Part shown: positions 39,457-42,138 of the stretch, one piece after another
How the letters are laid out: every line of letters starts with the position of its first letter
Numbering within the stretch: position 1 is the first letter of the stretch
Source: an uncultured bacterium
GTDB taxonomy: Bacteria > CAYJRR01
NCBI GenBank assembly: GCA_964372275.1
Contig: CAYJRR010000020.1
Coordinates: forward strand, 1-42,138
Length of the DNA stretch: 42,138 bases
Reading direction: 5' to 3'
Position numbers and translations under genes: made by a program
Notes under the pieces: model-generated
Told to the model about the DNA's origin: nothing
Databases searched by the model: none
What the model saw: the letters and a program-made list of their open reading frames with translations, nothing else

Positions 39457-40992
39457 GTGGCCCACGCCCCCTTCCCGTTCCGGAAAGTGTTGATCGCCAA
39501 CCGGGGCGAGATCGCGGTGCGGATCGCGCGCGCGGTGCGGGAGCTGGGGGCGACGCCGGTCGCGATCTTCTCCGAGGCCGACCGGAACGCGCTCCACGTA
39601 CGGGTGGCGGGGGAGGCGTACCCGGTCGGTCCGCCGCCGTCGCGCGAGAGCTACCTCTCGATCGAGCGGGTCCTCGCCGCCGCGAAGCGCGCCAAGGCCG
39701 ACGCGATCCATCCCGGATACGGGTTCCTGTCCGAGAACGCCGAGTTCGCGCAGGCGGTGGTCGACGCGGGGATCACCTGGGTGGGACCGCCGCCCAAGGC
39801 GATCGCGCAGATGGGTTCGAAGACCGGTGCCCGCGACCTCATGCGCGCCGCCGGTGTGCCGATCGTTCCGGGCACCCCGGGACCGGTGACCGGTCTGGAC
39901 GAGGTCCGCGCGGCGGCCGACGCCGTCGGCTACCCCGTCCTGATCAAGGCGGCCGGCGGGGGCGGGGGCAAGGGGATGCGGCGCGTCGACGCCCCCCCCG
40001 ACCTGGAGGCGGCGCTCCGGACCGCGCGCTCGGAGGCCAAGAGCGCGTTCGGCAACGACACGGTGTACGTCGAGAAGTACCTGCGCGAGCCCCGCCACAT
40101 CGAGATCCAGGTGTTGGCCGACCACCAGGGGAACACGCTGCACCTGTTCGAGCGCGAGTGCTCGATCCAGCGCCGGCATCAGAAGGTGATCGAGGAGTCG
40201 CCGAGCCCGGCGCTCGACGAGGCGACTCGCGCGCGGATGTGCGAGGTGGCGGTCAAAGCGGCCAAGGCGGTCGGGTACGTCTCGGCCGGGACGTGCGAGT
40301 TCCTGTTCGACGCCGAGCGGAACTTCTACTTCCTGGAGATGAACACCCGTCTCCAGGTGGAACATCCGGTGACCGAAGCGGTCACCGGCGTCGATCTGGC
40401 CAAGGCGATGCTGCGCATCGCCGCCGGCGATCCGCTGCCGTATGCGCAGGAGCAGATCACGCGGCGCGGGCACGCGATCGAGTGCCGCATCTACGCCGAG
40501 GATCCGGAGCGAAACTTCCTTCCCAGCCCGGGCCGGATCACGGCCTATCGCCCTCCCGCCGGTCCGGGCGTCCGCGTCGACGGCGGGGTCTACGCCGGAT
40601 ACGACGTTCCGGTCCACTACGACCCGATGATCGCGAAGCTGGTCACTTTCGGACTGTCGCGTCAGGCGGCGATCCACCGCATGTCGCGGGCGCTGGCGGA
40701 GTACACCATCCACGGGATCAAGACGGCGATCCCGCTCTACCTGCGGATCATGAAGGACCCGGCGTTCCTCGCCGGACGGTTCTCGACCCACTACCTGACC
40801 CCCGAGCTCCTGCGCGGCCCCTTCGGTGACGGCGACGGCGCCTCGCGGAGCCACGCGCTTCTCGCCGCGGCGGTGGCGGCCTTCGAGCGCGATCGCCATG
40901 CGCGCGTCCTTCCCGGCGCCCGGAACACGGCCGGCGTGTCCGCCGACGGGTGGCGCTGGTCGATGCATCCGGCCGGCCGGAGGGGATCATGA
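39457..40992 (+). CDS. Biotin carboxylase subunit of acyl-CoA carboxylase (PccA/AccC-like)
   Basis: [59 protein letters not shown]. Confidence 0.95.
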   Translation: MAHAPFPFRKVLIANRGEIAVRIARAVRELGATPVAIFSEADRNALHVRVAGEAYPVGPPPSRESYLSIERVLAAAKRAKADAIHPGYGFLSENAEFAQAVVDAGITWVGPPPKAIAQMGSKTGARDLMRAAGVPIVPGTPGPVTGLDEVRAAADAVGYPVLIKAAGGGGGKGMRRVDAPPDLEAALRTARSEAKSAFGNDTVYVEKYLREPRHIEIQVLADHQGNTLHLFERECSIQRRHQKVIEESPSPALDEATRARMCEVAVKAAKAVGYVSAGTCEFLFDAERNFYFLEMNTRLQVEHPVTEAVTGVDLAKAMLRIAAGDPLPYAQEQITRRGHAIECRIYAEDPERNFLPSPGRITAYRPPAGPGVRVDGGVYAGYDVPVHYDPMIAKLVTFGLSRQAAIHRMSRALAEYTIHGIKTAIPLYLRIMKDPAFLAGRFSTHYLTPELLRGPFGDGDGASRSHALLAAAVAAFERDRHARVLPGARNTAGVSADGWRWSMHPAGRRGS

Positions 40993-41510
40993 TCTATCTC
41001 CTCGCGCTCACCGGCCGGGAGCATCGCGCCGCTGTCGAAGAGGCCGGACCCGGGCGTTACCGGATCGTGCTCGACGGGGAGGAGCACCTGGTCTCCGCCA
41101 CGCTCGCGGAGCCGGGAATCTATTCGCTCCTCGTCTCGCCACCGGGATCGGAGACCGACGGCGGGATCTCGTTCGAGGCGGACGTCCTGCCTTCGAACGA
41201 CCACCTCCGCATCGCGATCCAGGGGGAGTCGTTCGACATCGTCGCCATCGACGAACGGCGGAAGCGCCAGCGCACGGCCGCCGGCGTCACCGAGACCGGC
41301 GGCGAGGTCCGATCGCCGATGCCCGGCAAGGTCGTCCGGGTGCTGGCGACCGCGGGAAGCGCCGTCCGCCGCGGTCAAGGGCTGGTGGTGGTCGAGGCGA
41401 TGAAGATGGAGAACGAGATCGGCGCGCCGAGGGACGGAACCGTCAAGCGCATCGCCGTGACCGAAGGGCAGGCGGTCGAAGGGGGAGCCCTCCTCGTGGA
41501 GATCGAGTAG
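40989..41510 (+). CDS. Biotin carboxyl carrier protein
   Basis: SPMPGKV and the EAMKMENE biotinylation motif; ATGA overlap with the carboxylase gene. Confidence 0.93.
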   Translation: MIYLLALTGREHRAAVEEAGPGRYRIVLDGEEHLVSATLAEPGIYSLLVSPPGSETDGGISFEADVLPSNDHLRIAIQGESFDIVAIDERRKRQRTAAGVTETGGEVRSPMPGKVVRVLATAGSAVRRGQGLVVVEAMKMENEIGAPRDGTVKRIAVTEGQAVEGGALLVEIE

Positions 41511-41521
41511 GAACCCGAACG

Positions 41522-42138
41522 ATGAACGAGGGCTCCAAGAGGACATTCGTCACCGGCAGCGGCCTTCCGGTGAACGAGGTCTACGGACCGGCGGACAGCC
41601 CGGCGGAACGGTACCTCGAGGAGGCCGGATTTCCGGGGGCGGCGCCGTTCACGCGCGGCGTGCAGCCGACCGGTTACCGCGGCCGGCTATGGACGATGCG
41701 GCAGTACGCGGGGTTCGGGACCGCCGACGAAAGCAACAAGCGGTTCCACTACCTCCTGGCGCACGGGCAGACCGGTCTGTCGGTGGCGTTCGACCTGCCG
41801 ACGCAGATGGGGATCGACGGGGATGCGCCTCGCGCCGCGGGGGAGGTCGGGCGGGTGGGAGTGCCGATCTCGACGATCGACGACATGCGTCGGCTGCTCG
41901 CCGACCTGCCGCTCGACCGGATCTCCACCTCGATGACGATCAACTCCACGGCCGCCATCCTTCTCGTCCTCTACCAGGCGGTGGCGATGGAGCGCGGGAT
42001 CGATCCCCGGAAACTGCGCGGGACGGTCCAGAACGACATCCTGAAGGAGTACGCGGCGCGGGGAACCTACATCTACCCACCCGGGCCCTCGATGCGGATC
42101 GTCACCGATCTGTTTTCGTACGCGAAGGAGGCCCTCCC
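41522..42138 (+). CDS. Methylmalonyl-CoA mutase substrate-binding (large) subunit, truncated by the window end
   Basis: Own translation, absent from the ORF track: [54 protein letters not shown]. Confidence 0.93.
   Translation, partial: MNEGSKRTFVTGSGLPVNEVYGPADSPAERYLEEAGFPGAAPFTRGVQPTGYRGRLWTMRQYAGFGTADESNKRFHYLLAHGQTGLSVAFDLPTQMGIDGDAPRAAGEVGRVGVPISTIDDMRRLLADLPLDRISTSMTINSTAAILLVLYQAVAMERGIDPRKLRGTVQNDILKEYAARGTYIYPPGPSMRIVTDLFSYAKEAL

Noticed and set aside
37890-42138. Carboxylase/mutase operon as a novel pathway
   Set aside because: Standard propionyl-CoA to succinyl-CoA gene set.

Overview
Very GC-rich scaffold (roughly 70% by eye, not computed) with three 10-N gaps. Gene content and order point to Myxococcota or uncultured Deltaproteobacteria (inference). 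About 30 CDS, no RNA genes, mobile elements or CRISPR arrays. Left part: end of an HTTM-like gene, a FecA-type TonB receptor, small lipo/membrane proteins, a nucleotidyltransferase with a partner gene, ampG, a sigma54-preceded beta-barrel/lipoprotein cluster, and epmA with an extra N-terminal domain. Centre (10.7-24 kb), the best novel-system candidate: a YdbH/AsmA-like bridge protein, a YnbE-YdbL(DUF1318)-like lipoprotein, and a translationally coupled 2791-aa lipoprotein (TolB/PD40 propeller, TPRs, dead CHAT-like domain, TPRs, active CHAT caspase-like protease). Right part: the rho-rpmE-DUF1385-prfA-prmC-murA region with several inserted genes, a Rho with a long low-complexity (HGQ)8 N-terminus, and a propionyl-CoA carboxylase / methylmalonyl-CoA mutase operon. 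Several genes look leaderless. All family calls come from motif recognition, not database searches.
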